Shown here one piece after another: positions 28,364-38,416 of a stretch of DNA of 56,697 bases. A program made the position numbers and the translations under genes. Numbering within the stretch: the first letter of the stretch is position 1; every line of letters begins with the position of its first letter. Origin of the DNA: an archaeon (lineage in GTDB: Archaea > Nanobdellota > Nanobdellia > Pacearchaeales > GW2011-AR1); assembly GCA_043817815.1 (NCBI GenBank), contig JBDRGM010000024.1, positions 1 through 56,697 on the forward strand. The letters are read 5' to 3'. The notes under the pieces are model-generated. The model made no database searches. It saw only the letters and a list, made by a program, of their open reading frames with translations, and had not been told where the DNA came from.

Positions 28364-29183
28364 TTAATAGCTCCTGTTTTATTTCATGTAATTCCGGTTC
28401 ATTAGGAACCTTTGAATGCCATGCTCCATTATTCTCCATAAAGCTCACACCCTTACCTTTCACAGTGTTGGCAATAATAACTTTCGGCCTTGAGTCATAA
28501 TCAAATGAAATATTATTCAATGCTCTTAGTATCTCTTGTTCAGAATGCCCATCAACCTCATAAGTCTCCCACCCAAAAGCTTCCCATTTTTTTTTCATAT
28601 CTGGGACAGGAGATACCGCAGATTTATTATTATCAACAATAACACACAAATTTCCCAACTTCAAATTTGGAGCTAAAAGAGCAGTCTCCCAAACAGTTCC
28701 TTCATTACTCTCTCCATCTCCAATCAGCGTTATAACCTTGTTTCTCTTTTTCTTTATCTTTAATCCAAGCGCAACTCCTGCTGCGTAGCCAATACCATTT
28801 CCTAATGAACCAGTTGAAGCTTCAACTCCAGGAACCTTTGTCCAATCAGGATGTCCTCCTAAAATCCTTTCACCAATACAGTTTGAACTTAACCTCTCTT
28901 TATCAATAAAACCATACTTTTCTAATATAACATAAAGAGCCATACAACCATGCCCCTTGCTTTGTATAAAATAATCTCTGTCTTCCCATTCTGGATTTTT
29001 AGAATCATACTTCAAAAAACTCCCATACAATGCTGAAAGAATGTCTATTATTGAAAAAGCACTTGGAATATGTCCCTCATTAAAATCATAAGCCAATTCA
29101 GCAATTTTAATTCGAAGCTCCTGATTCATATTTTCCCAAGAGAATTTTCCTTTAAATTTATATCTGTGATATTGTATATACAT
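28353..29183 (-). CDS. Transketolase N-terminal half (ThDP-binding PP domain)
   Basis: 276 aa. SKGHGCMALY, GSLGNGIGYAAGVAL, LIGDGESNEGTVWETALLAPNLKLGNLCVIVDNNKS (ThDP motif). Overlaps the C-terminal-half gene by 11 nt. An internal ATG at 29129 (MNQELRIK) is an alternative start. Confidence 0.8.
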   Translation of the reverse strand: MYIQYHRYKFKGKFSWENMNQELRIKIAELAYDFNEGHIPSAFSIIDILSALYGSFLKYDSKNPEWEDRDYFIQSKGHGCMALYVILEKYGFIDKERLSSNCIGERILGGHPDWTKVPGVEASTGSLGNGIGYAAGVALGLKIKKKRNKVITLIGDGESNEGTVWETALLAPNLKLGNLCVIVDNNKSAVSPVPDMKKKWEAFGWETYEVDGHSEQEILRALNNISFDYDSRPKVIIANTVKGKGVSFMENNGAWHSKVPNEPELHEIKQELLNGN

Positions 29184-29216
29184 TAATTATTTAAATCAAG
29201 AATATTACAAATTTTA

Positions 29217-30248
29217 ATGTTATCAAAAGTATATTTTTCTAAAAAATTTGATTCAGATTCAATTATAAATTTATTTGAAAGAGTTCATAATGATTTAAGT
29301 CAGATTACTCCCAACGAGAGAGTTGCGATTAAGGTTCATTTTGGAGAAAAAGGGAATACGCGATTTGTTTCTCCGAGATATATAAAACCAATAATTGATT
29401 CACTGAACAAATTCAACAGTAATTATTTCATTACAGATGCAAACACCTTGTATAAGGGAATGAGAGTTAATGCAACAGACCATAAGCAGGTTGCAAAAGA
29501 ACATGGGTTTTATGACTTAAATTCTGAAATAACAATCGCCGATGGGGAATTAGGAGAAAATGAAGAACTTGTAAAAATTCCTGGCAGAATTTTTTCAGAA
29601 GTTAAAATAGGAAAAGCAATTGCTGATTCAAGCACAATAATTGCTATATCCCATTTTAAAGGACACAATCTTTTTAGTTTTGCAGGGGCAATAAAAAATT
29701 TAGGCATGGGTTGTGCTTCAAAAGCAGGAAAACAATCCCAGCATTCAAATTTTAAACCTGCAGTAAATGAAAACTGTATACTTTGCAGAATGTGTATTAA
29801 TGAATGTCCTGTCAGCGCAATTATAGAAGAAAATTCAAAAGCAGTAATTAACCAATCCATCTGTATTGGATGTGCAAAGTGCATTGCAGTTTGTAATAAC
29901 AAAGCAATAAGAACACACTGGCTTGGAACCGAAGAAACACAAAAAAGAACAGCTGAATATGCTCTCGGGGCAATGAATAATAAAAAAGGAATTTTCTTTA
30001 ACTTCATAAATAATGTCACAGAACAATGTGATTGTGCAAAAGAGGACTCCAGAATAATCTGCAAAGACATCGGAATTGTAGCATCAACAGACCCTGTTGC
30101 CTGTGACAAAGCATCATATGATTTAGTAATTAAAGAATCGGGAAAGGATATATTTAAAGAATTACACGAATGTGATGGAACACTCTTATTTGATTATGCT
30201 CAGGATATTGGATTAGGTAAAAAAGAGTATGAGTTGGTTGAATTATGA
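29217..30248 (+). CDS. DUF362-like protein with an inserted 2x[4Fe-4S] ferredoxin domain
   Basis: 343 aa. VAIKVHFGEKGNTRFVSPRYIKPIID (DUF362-like N-terminus). Two CxxCxxCxxxC motifs: CILCRMCINECP and CIGCAKCIAVCN. Confidence 0.7.
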   Translation: MLSKVYFSKKFDSDSIINLFERVHNDLSQITPNERVAIKVHFGEKGNTRFVSPRYIKPIIDSLNKFNSNYFITDANTLYKGMRVNATDHKQVAKEHGFYDLNSEITIADGELGENEELVKIPGRIFSEVKIGKAIADSSTIIAISHFKGHNLFSFAGAIKNLGMGCASKAGKQSQHSNFKPAVNENCILCRMCINECPVSAIIEENSKAVINQSICIGCAKCIAVCNNKAIRTHWLGTEETQKRTAEYALGAMNNKKGIFFNFINNVTEQCDCAKEDSRIICKDIGIVASTDPVACDKASYDLVIKESGKDIFKELHECDGTLLFDYAQDIGLGKKEYELVEL

Positions 30249-31721
30249 TTCCCTATTAACTTTTCTTCTAAAGTTATATCTTATAATTTTTAGTCTATTG
30301 AATAAAAGTGATTCCATAGTCGGTGAAACTTTAAATATTCCTTTAGAAATTTTGGCAACAAATAAATCAGCACCATTCAAAATTACCTTCAAATAATTAA
30401 TCTTCATTGGACTAATCCTTTTGAATGTAAAATAATAATCTATCATTGCTTTCTGAGTCTCTTTTGGAAAATTGAAGAAATTTCTGTTAATTGTCTCAAA
30501 CATTTGTGAATCAAGAACTCTCGCAAAATATGTTCTTGACAATTCATAATCTTTCCCCTTCAAATACCATTTTTTAATATTAGGGTAATTATCATAGTAA
30601 ATAGTTGCAGGAATTGGAGTAAGTATTGAAAGATGCAAATCTTTTGTATATTTTGTTAGTTCTAAAAAAAGTTTCTTTTCCTCTTTTAATAATGCAGGTG
30701 TCTCAAAAGGAAAACCAACCATCATAAAAATAGAAATATTAATGTCATTCTTCTTCATTGACTTAAAAATTTTATGGGCGTTTTCTATTGGTTGCTCTTT
30801 GTTTATTTTCTTTAGTGAAAAAGAGGTTAGTCTTTCTAAACCAAAAATAACTTTATTAAATCCTGCTTTTTTCATTAATTTTATCAGATTATCATCAATA
30901 GGAAATCTTATTGTTGTTTGGCACGAAAGGGATATCTTTTTGTTTAAACCTGATTCTATCATCTTATTGCAAAAATCTCTTAATCTTTTTGGGAAAATAG
31001 TTATGTTATTGTCTGCAATAAATAAATCTCCAATTCCATATTTATTATATAAATCCTTAATATTAGAAAACATCCACCCCGCTGAAGCAACTCTTTTATC
31101 TTTTCTTTGAATTTTATCAGAACAAAATGTGCATTTAAAAGGACATCCTCTCTGTCCTGTCAAATCGAACAATCCTTGCTCTGTCAAGTCATAATCTTCA
31201 AGGTTAAACAAATCATAATTCACTATTGGTACATCATCAAGATTGTCTAAAACAGGAAACTCTTTTGCAAAATGAAAACTTCCATTTGATTTTTTATATG
31301 ATACACCTTTAACTTTATTAAGATTTTCTATATTTTCCAACAAAGGCAAAATAACTTTTTCCCCTTCCCTATTAATAACAATATCCACTCCATACTCCAA
31401 TGCTTCTTCGAAACAATGTTTCATATGTATTCCCCCTGCAATAACTTTCAATTTAGGGAACTCTCTTTTAACTTTCTTTATTTGCTCATAAGTTGGATAA
31501 GCATTATAAAGAGTAATTGAATAAGCAAGAACATCTGGCTTAAACTCTTCAATAATATTAATTATTTCCTCATCCTTATAAAATCTTAATTGTGAATTAT
31601 TATCTAAAATCTTTACTTTATGCCCCGCATCATGAACTATCGTCGCTATAATACCCATTCCATTATTCAATCTTGAATTTGATATTTGTCCTGACGAATT
31701 TCTAATAAAAAGAACTTTCAT
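30243..31721 (-). CDS. B12-binding-domain (class B) radical SAM enzyme
   Basis: 492 aa. MKVLFIRNS...GMGIIATIVHDAGHKVKILD, AGGIHMK. GQRGCPFKCTFCSD (CxxxCxxC). Confidence 0.85.
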   Translation of the reverse strand: MKVLFIRNSSGQISNSRLNNGMGIIATIVHDAGHKVKILDNNSQLRFYKDEEIINIIEEFKPDVLAYSITLYNAYPTYEQIKKVKREFPKLKVIAGGIHMKHCFEEALEYGVDIVINREGEKVILPLLENIENLNKVKGVSYKKSNGSFHFAKEFPVLDNLDDVPIVNYDLFNLEDYDLTEQGLFDLTGQRGCPFKCTFCSDKIQRKDKRVASAGWMFSNIKDLYNKYGIGDLFIADNNITIFPKRLRDFCNKMIESGLNKKISLSCQTTIRFPIDDNLIKLMKKAGFNKVIFGLERLTSFSLKKINKEQPIENAHKIFKSMKKNDINISIFMMVGFPFETPALLKEEKKLFLELTKYTKDLHLSILTPIPATIYYDNYPNIKKWYLKGKDYELSRTYFARVLDSQMFETINRNFFNFPKETQKAMIDYYFTFKRISPMKINYLKVILNGADLFVAKISKGIFKVSPTMESLLFNRLKIIRYNFRRKVNRES

Positions 31722-31856
31722 TTCCCAACCTCCAATATTTTTAATTCCCCTTCTAATCCATTTAAATGAGCGAATAGATTTGTTTCCATCTTTATTATAA
31801 CTATCTGGTAACTATTCCTTAAATATGTCTTTTAAGTTTTTTGGTAACTTTATCAT

Positions 31857-32123
31857 ATGAAAAAGGTAACTAAATGGGAAGATGTAAGTTTTATCATTTC
31901 AAGTGATTACAGAAAGAAAGTTTTAAGCAATTTAGAAAATCAGAGGATGCCTTTTAGCATAAGCAAGAAATTGAATATAAATAAAACACACATAAGTCGG
32001 GCATTAAAAGAATTAGAAGGGAAAAAGATGCTTCTGTGTTTAACCCCCAATTCTAATAAAGGGAAGTTATTTGTTATTTCTGAATATGGGAAAAAGATTT
32101 TAGAAGAGATTAAAAAATTATAG
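31857..32123 (+). CDS. Small winged-helix-turn-helix transcription regulator (ArsR/MarR-like)
   Basis: 88 aa. RKKVLSNLENQRMPFSISKKLNINKTHISRALKELEGKKML is a typical HTH plus recognition-helix layout. Confidence 0.5.
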   Translation: MKKVTKWEDVSFIISSDYRKKVLSNLENQRMPFSISKKLNINKTHISRALKELEGKKMLLCLTPNSNKGKLFVISEYGKKILEEIKKL

Positions 32124-32201
32124 AAAATCTTGGTTGTATTGAAAATTCATATTTGATTTAAGTAAAATCTATAGATAATATTCTTTCCAATTTCCTCTTA
32201 T

Positions 32202-33218
32202 TTATTCAATTTTATTCTTCTTCTCCAACTCAAAAACTTCATAAGCATCTAATGGTTTTGGTCTGCTAACATATGGTTCTATACATTTATTAAAAAATTC
32301 TTTGTCTTCCCCGCAAAGACATTTTGTATGTTTGCCGTCAAACCATTTGTTCTTTAGTAAATCATCTCGCATCTTTTTTATACTTTTGTCCGCAACATTT
32401 CCAAGCGAATATTGTAAAAATACACAAGGTGTAACATTTCCGTCGACAGTAATATATATTGTCTCCCATCCTGCCCTGCACCTGTCTCCGTCGGGTTTGT
32501 ATAAATCTCTTTTTATTATCGGATGCCCATCAGACGCAGTAATATTATCAAGAGAGAGTTGTTTAAGATAGGCAGTATCTTCTGGTGTAAGTAAAACATC
32601 TCTTCTGCCATCCCATTCCCCAACAGGCATTGCAATATCAATTTGCAGTCTAACCCCTTTTTCCTTAGCATATTCTATGAGTTTTCTAAATCCTTCAGAA
32701 TATAAACTCTTATGCGTTGGAACAGCTGTCACACTTGCAAAAAGTCCAGCCTTCATAACATTATCAACTGCTTCTACAACGCGTTTATATGAACCTAGCA
32801 TTCTGTTCTTGTCATGTTCCTCTTCTATCCCTGAATCAAGGCTAAAACAAATCTTGTCAACTTTTAATTCTTTAAGTTTTTGTATCATTTCAGGAGTCAT
32901 GTTCCATCCGTTGCTTAAAACATTAATGTAACTCTCGTCAGGATGCGCCATCTCAATCATCTTCTCTAATCTCTCAAAATCCATAATTGGCTCCCCCCCT
33001 CCAAAAATAAAGTGAGACACTCCCATATCATACAACTCAGAAAAAGCTTTTTCAAGTTTTTCTAAAGGAATCGGTTGTGTATGACGAAAAGTTCTGAAAT
33101 AGCAATGAGGGCAATTCATCCCGCACAAATTAGTCGCATCCCAAACCACTGTCTTCAAATCTCCATCTTTCTGTTTTTTCTGGCGCTCATGCAATTTTTG
33201 TTTTTCTGAATATACCAT
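32202..33218 (-). CDS. Radical SAM enzyme with SPASM-type C-terminal domain
   Basis: 338 aa. DATNLCGMNCPHCYF (CxxxCxxC), IFGGGEPI. C-terminal DGDRCRAGWETIYITVDGNVTPCVF ... KCLCGEDKEF. Confidence 0.8.
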   Translation of the reverse strand: MVYSEKQKLHERQKKQKDGDLKTVVWDATNLCGMNCPHCYFRTFRHTQPIPLEKLEKAFSELYDMGVSHFIFGGGEPIMDFERLEKMIEMAHPDESYINVLSNGWNMTPEMIQKLKELKVDKICFSLDSGIEEEHDKNRMLGSYKRVVEAVDNVMKAGLFASVTAVPTHKSLYSEGFRKLIEYAKEKGVRLQIDIAMPVGEWDGRRDVLLTPEDTAYLKQLSLDNITASDGHPIIKRDLYKPDGDRCRAGWETIYITVDGNVTPCVFLQYSLGNVADKSIKKMRDDLLKNKWFDGKHTKCLCGEDKEFFNKCIEPYVSRPKPLDAYEVFELEKKNKIE

Positions 33219-34055
33219 TTACTCTACCTTAATTTCATTTCCTGTTCTTCTTAATTTATACATATTTAGATTAGACATTAAAGTTTCAGCTAATTTGTCA
33301 TTTCCCCATTTGTCATAAACCACTGAAAAATTCCTCCCCCCACAAGTCTGCCTTCCTTTTTCACATAACCATTCAATGCAGCCAAAAATATCTTCCATGC
33401 TTGTGCCCTCTTCTTTCCCCATAAACTCTGCAGTTTTATTATAATTCTCTTCGCCAGATTTTTCTCTTCCTTCACTAAGTGTTTCATAATGCATTTTTGT
33501 TTTTGTCATCCCTGGACCAATAATAAAGACATTCAAATCTTCAGCTTCAGAATCTATTAATTCACACATTTTAATTAACATTATTTTTGAAACAGTGTAT
33601 GCAGAATAATTTGGAAATGCATTGTTAGTTCCTCCACCTGCAAAAAATACAACATTAGAAACCTTGTCTTGATTTCTAAGAGGATATAATCCATGAAGAG
33701 CACGCAATTGTTCTATAGAATTTATGTGAACAGAGTCGCTCCATTCATTAAAATTACAATTAAAAAACTTTCCAATGGGCTTTTGTGTTCCAGGGCATGA
33801 AATAAAAATGTTCCAATTCAAATCCAGCTTTTTATAATTTTTAATAAAATCATCAACACTCTTTTTATTTAACATATCGCAGTAAAAAAAGTGGCAATTT
33901 GGAATCTTCTTCAACTCATCGAGTCTTCCTTTTGATTTATACGTCCCTACAACATTATACCCTTTTTCAGAATATTTTTTTGCAAGTGCTGTTCCAATAT
34001 CGCTTGTTATAGAGATTATCACAACATTTTTTTTACAATTTCTTAAAAACTCCAT
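33219..34055 (-). CDS. Short-chain dehydrogenase/reductase
   Basis: VVIISITSDIGTALAKKY (degenerate TGxxxGxG), FFAGGGTN, SAYTVSKIMLIKM (YxxxK). The ATG at 34055 (MEFLRNCKK) is preferred over the track start 34163, which would overlap the divergent gene. Its stop codon (33219-33221) directly abuts the start codon of the downstream radical SAM gene 32202..33218, with no intergenic gap. Confidence 0.65.
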   Translation of the reverse strand: MEFLRNCKKNVVIISITSDIGTALAKKYSEKGYNVVGTYKSKGRLDELKKIPNCHFFYCDMLNKKSVDDFIKNYKKLDLNWNIFISCPGTQKPIGKFFNCNFNEWSDSVHINSIEQLRALHGLYPLRNQDKVSNVVFFAGGGTNNAFPNYSAYTVSKIMLIKMCELIDSEAEDLNVFIIGPGMTKTKMHYETLSEGREKSGEENYNKTAEFMGKEEGTSMEDIFGCIEWLCEKGRQTCGGRNFSVVYDKWGNDKLAETLMSNLNMYKLRRTGNEIKVE

Positions 34056-34151
34056 TTTATTAAGGAGAGATTTTAATTTATAAAGATATATGTAAGACAA
34101 ATCTATTTTTAATACATAAATTTTTATAAAGGGACTGCACATGAATTTTTC

Positions 34152-35264
34152 ATGATCACTCAAAGATATGGTGGGTTGAAAATATTACATCATCCAGAAA
34201 AACTCGTTTCACTTCGGGACGGAAAAATTACTGCCCCTATTTATGTACGTTTCAAGCCAACTAATAAATGCAACCATCACTGCAGTTTTTGTTCATATGA
34301 CCCAAGTGAAGGCGATGTTGGAGTTCGTGATAAACTGAACAGAATTGATGAGATTCCTATAAAGAAAATTCTAGAAATATTAGATGACTTTAAAGAGATG
34401 GGAGTAAAAGCAATAACTTTTTCCGGGGGAGGAGAACCACTTGTTCATCCTCACATTGAAGAAGCAATTCAAAAGACGTTTGACAATGGAATCAAACTTT
34501 CCATGATAACAAACGGACAAGAATTAAGAGGACGAAAAGCAATTGTACTAACAAATGCAAATTGGGTAAGAGTATCTGCAAATGCTTGCACGCCAGAATC
34601 TTTTTCTTTAATAAGAGGAGTCCCTGAAAAATGCTTTTACGAATTATCAGAAAATATCAGAAATTTTGCAAAGATGAAAAGAAAAGAATGCGAATTTGGA
34701 ATTAATTATGTTGTTCAAAAAGAAAATGCAGACCAGGTTTATGATTCTGTAAAGTACTTTAAGGATTTAGGAGTAAACCACATTAAAATTACTCCAATGT
34801 GGAATCAGACTTTTAGAGAATATCACGCACCAATAAAAGAAAAAGTTCTAAGTCAGATTAAAAAAGCTAAAGAGGATTTTGAAGAAGAAGGTTTTGCAGT
34901 TTATGATACATATAAAGGGGACTTTTCAGGAGCAAGTGTTTCAGAGAGGCATTACCCTCAATGTTATGTGATGCAGACAGTTCCTGTAATTGGTGCAGAT
35001 TGTAATGTTTATTTTTGTCATGATAAAGCTTATGCAGATTCTGGAAAACTTGGCTCTATAAAAAACAGAACATTCAAAGACTTATGGTTCAGTAAAGAAG
35101 CACAAGAAATTTTTAAAAACTTTGACCCTAGGGAAAGTTGCAAACACCATTGTGCAAATGATACTAAAAACAAACACATTAAAGGAATTATCAACAGAGA
35201 ACAGGATTATGAACTCTGTCATGATGCATTAGACTGCTATGGTGATGATGTGAGTTTTGTTTGA
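34152..35264 (+). CDS. Radical SAM enzyme with Cys-rich C-terminus
   Basis: 370 aa. FKPTNKCNHHCSFCSYD (CxxxCxxC), TFSGGGEPLV. C-terminal YPQCYVMQTVPVIGADCNVYFCHD ... CKHHCAND. Confidence 0.8.
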   Translation: MITQRYGGLKILHHPEKLVSLRDGKITAPIYVRFKPTNKCNHHCSFCSYDPSEGDVGVRDKLNRIDEIPIKKILEILDDFKEMGVKAITFSGGGEPLVHPHIEEAIQKTFDNGIKLSMITNGQELRGRKAIVLTNANWVRVSANACTPESFSLIRGVPEKCFYELSENIRNFAKMKRKECEFGINYVVQKENADQVYDSVKYFKDLGVNHIKITPMWNQTFREYHAPIKEKVLSQIKKAKEDFEEEGFAVYDTYKGDFSGASVSERHYPQCYVMQTVPVIGADCNVYFCHDKAYADSGKLGSIKNRTFKDLWFSKEAQEIFKNFDPRESCKHHCANDTKNKHIKGIINREQDYELCHDALDCYGDDVSFV

Positions 35265-35284
35265 ATTTTATCTATATAATATTC

Positions 35285-36202
35285 TCAATTTCTAATATCT
35301 TTAATCTTTACGCTAGTATGCCCTAATTCTTGCTTATAATTTGTTTTTACCTTTACATCACATGGATGGCAATCTCCATATTTAGAACACTCTCGAAAAT
35401 CATCATTTATCTGAAATTCTGGATGAATCAAAGTTCCAACAGGAAACTCTTCTGAAAACAAATCTCTATGGCATCTGTAAATTTTTGCATCCGGACCAAT
35501 CAACAATTCAGTGGTTTTGCATAAACATTCTTTTGTGGTTGGTTGTAATATTGAATTCCTATACTTTGAATAATTACCATGTAAGATTGAAAATTTATTT
35601 CCAGAATCATCTGTTCCTTGAAATTTTCCTGTAAACGACTTTGGTCTGAAACTTATTCCATTATTCTTGCATTTCAGTGCCATTTGCTCTATTGCCTCAA
35701 TAATTTGCGGATGAGGATACATCACAGATTCTATCCCAATGCTAAATCCAGCATCTTGTAGTGCTTTAACATTTTCAACAAGCTTTTGCCCATTTCCCAT
35801 TTGTTCTGAATGATAAGAAACGCGAATAGAAGGATAAGGAACATTTCTCTTTATTCTATTAGGATTAACTTCAGAAATAAATTTCTTTATTCCAAATTCC
35901 CCCCACTGGAGGTTTGTCAATATATCTATGTTTAATTCTGGTTTTATATTATTTAATATATAAAAAAAATCCCTATGTAATGAGGGCTCTCCTCCCGATA
36001 AAGTAACAGGAACATCTTCTCTTGATTCAATCTTGTTCAAAGCATCCACCCACTCTCTTCCGGATATCTCTCTAAATCTAATTCTGTTAAAATCCTGAGA
36101 ATTTTTTAAATTATTAAGACAAAATCCGCAATTGAGATTACATCTCATTGTTAAAAACACTCCAATGTATTTGTAAGTATCTGGAATTATTATTGGCCTC
36201 AT
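35285..36202 (-). CDS. Radical SAM enzyme with Cys-rich C-terminus
   Basis: 305 aa. FLTMRCNLNCGFCLNN (CxxxCxxC), TLSGGEPSL. C-terminal KECLCKTTELLIGPDAKIYRCHRD ... CSKYGDCHPCD. Confidence 0.75.
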   Translation of the reverse strand: MRPIIIPDTYKYIGVFLTMRCNLNCGFCLNNLKNSQDFNRIRFREISGREWVDALNKIESREDVPVTLSGGEPSLHRDFFYILNNIKPELNIDILTNLQWGEFGIKKFISEVNPNRIKRNVPYPSIRVSYHSEQMGNGQKLVENVKALQDAGFSIGIESVMYPHPQIIEAIEQMALKCKNNGISFRPKSFTGKFQGTDDSGNKFSILHGNYSKYRNSILQPTTKECLCKTTELLIGPDAKIYRCHRDLFSEEFPVGTLIHPEFQINDDFRECSKYGDCHPCDVKVKTNYKQELGHTSVKIKDIRN

Positions 36203-36250
36203 TTTGAATAAAGAAACCTAATGAATCTTATTTAAAAAGATTGTGAATAT

Positions 36251-37327
36251 TTAGTACCTATATTGGTTTTGTATTGCGTCACTAAATGGGATTGTTCTTT
36301 TAGTAACTACCCCCTTGTCCTTATCTGCTGGAATAAATGCTTCTGAAACCAAAAATTTCTTATGAGCAATCTTTTTCAATTTTCCACCTTCAATCTCAAA
36401 AATTTCCGGAACCATCATCTCCTTATCATTTAACTTAATCAATTTTAATCCATATCTGTAAAGAAAAGTATCCATCCCTTCTTCATCTCTATATTTATCT
36501 TCTGCATGAAAGATAAAATCAATATTTTTGATAGTGGTCTGAACACAGGTGACTATCTGATAACAGTTATTTGGAGAATCAAAATAAATTCCTACATTTT
36601 CTCCTAAGAATTTCGGTTCTGCACCTTCTGTTTGAGTAGCGCTCATAACGGGAAATGGACTTAAATTTACTAAACATTCTAATTTTCCTTCCATTGGAGT
36701 CACTTCGTAACCTATATCTGAGGTATATCTAAATCCGGCATTTTCAAATGGCGCAAAACTTACTGGGTCAGCATTCTTCACTATCTTTACGCTTCCTTTT
36801 AATATCTCTTTACCCCTAACTACACTGAATTCTTCCAAAATCTTTTTGCATTCTCTTGATATATCAAAATTATTGACCACATTTACTTCTTCTAAACTTT
36901 CTATTGCAGATGTTCTTAATATTGAATCTGCCACATTAATGTCTTTGGGAACCCTGTCCTCTTGCTCAAGGCATCCTCCAACTCCATTACCATAATAGCC
37001 ATTAATTAACGCTAAAGTGTTTTGGCCTCTTTTACAAGTTGCTACCAAAAATCTATTATCTCTATATGTCAGAACTTCTGCAACTCCCAACCCCCTGTTA
37101 GCAAACTGTAAACCAGGAGCACTATGTAAGCCAGAATACATTCTTCCAGGACTAATACCTTTTCTCTGGTTCATCATTTCTGAAAAAGACCTATAATTCC
37201 CTCCATGGTCCCATATATATACTTCCCCTTTCTTTTCATCTATTCTTGCATAAGCAGGTTTTACTATCAGATGTTTTTTAGAACCATCAATTTTTCTTCC
37301 ATCTTCAAATAAATTTTCTTTAACCAT
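36251..37327 (-). CDS. Hypothetical protein (358 aa), possibly a divergent Nudix-fold protein
   Basis: Long clean ORF. GVGGCLEQEDRV...SILRTSAIESLEEVNV resembles a Nudix box with an insertion. FLVATCKRGQN resembles YLVLLQVRGKN of ORF 44864..45679. Confidence 0.4.
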   Translation of the reverse strand: MVKENLFEDGRKIDGSKKHLIVKPAYARIDEKKGEVYIWDHGGNYRSFSEMMNQRKGISPGRMYSGLHSAPGLQFANRGLGVAEVLTYRDNRFLVATCKRGQNTLALINGYYGNGVGGCLEQEDRVPKDINVADSILRTSAIESLEEVNVVNNFDISRECKKILEEFSVVRGKEILKGSVKIVKNADPVSFAPFENAGFRYTSDIGYEVTPMEGKLECLVNLSPFPVMSATQTEGAEPKFLGENVGIYFDSPNNCYQIVTCVQTTIKNIDFIFHAEDKYRDEEGMDTFLYRYGLKLIKLNDKEMMVPEIFEIEGGKLKKIAHKKFLVSEAFIPADKDKGVVTKRTIPFSDAIQNQYRY

Positions 37328-37383
37328 TTTGTATTATCTACATTGGTTTTAAAAGGATTATGGATATTGAATATATAATCCCC

Positions 37384-38394
37384 TCAACTACTATAATCTG
37401 TTGAAATTCTTTCAAGAGCATATTCTCTTCTTTTTATCACATCCATCTTTTCCAAGAGGGAAATTGTTTCATTATAAACTTTTTCTAAAGAAATTTCTCC
37501 CATGCAATTTTTTTCCCTTTTACATTTTCCTTCAAAACAAGGCATGCAATCAGGGATAAACTCTGGAAGAATAGCTATTCCTCTTCCATGAAAATATACT
37601 TCTCTGTGGGGTGTGGGGCCAAATAATCCAAAAACTTTTTTTCCAAGTGCAAGACTCAGATGTAGCCCAAGACTATCGCAACTAATAATTAATTTACAAG
37701 AATTTATCCAGTCCATATATTCATAAAGGTTTTCTAAAACTTTAGGTCCTTGCTTATCTTGCCTGCTGACTTTATACCCTTTTTCTATTAGCATACTTTC
37801 TAGTTTATCCCAATATTCTTTTGGCCATAATTTTGTCGGCCATTTTTCTCCAACATGAATATTCAATCCAACATCATAAATCTCAACTGTTCTTGGTCGA
37901 TAACCTAAAATAATTTCTTCTTTTTCCCATTTTTTATCAACCATTTCAAATAAGAGTTCATGAAAGATTTTTAGATTCCCCTTCTTCACTTCTGGACTTG
38001 CGCCAACTGCAAGAACCTCAACAGCCTTATCCAATGCTTCTGCTGTTCCTGTTTGGGTATTAAATGTAAAGCCATACCTTGCTCTTCTTGCGCGAATCTT
38101 ATCAGACAGCGCACATATACCTGGAATTTTTTCTAAATTAATAACTCTGTCAAATTCTTCAGATTGCAACTGCAACGCTGTTGTGAAATCATATTCCAAT
38201 AGGCGGTTAATATAAGGATTTTCTTTTAGAAGTGGAAATGCTTTTTTATCAGTAACCCAAGTAACATGGTCCCCCTTGTATTTATGCAGTAACGGAGTAA
38301 CTCTCAAAACATCGCCATAACTTACCTTTCTTGAATTATTTTCGCCTTCTAAAAATTCAGTGTAACCTGTTTTTATAATCAATATTTTTTCCAT
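37384..38394 (-). CDS. GT9-family glycosyltransferase (heptosyltransferase-like)
   Basis: 336 aa. MEKILIIKTGY...GDVLRVTPLL; LIISCDSLGLHLSLALGKKVFGLFGPT (GT9 signature region). Confidence 0.75.
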   Translation of the reverse strand: MEKILIIKTGYTEFLEGENNSRKVSYGDVLRVTPLLHKYKGDHVTWVTDKKAFPLLKENPYINRLLEYDFTTALQLQSEEFDRVINLEKIPGICALSDKIRARRARYGFTFNTQTGTAEALDKAVEVLAVGASPEVKKGNLKIFHELLFEMVDKKWEKEEIILGYRPRTVEIYDVGLNIHVGEKWPTKLWPKEYWDKLESMLIEKGYKVSRQDKQGPKVLENLYEYMDWINSCKLIISCDSLGLHLSLALGKKVFGLFGPTPHREVYFHGRGIAILPEFIPDCMPCFEGKCKREKNCMGEISLEKVYNETISLLEKMDVIKRREYALERISTDYSS

Positions 38395-38416
38395 TTTAAA
38401 TTCGATCTCTTTTAAT

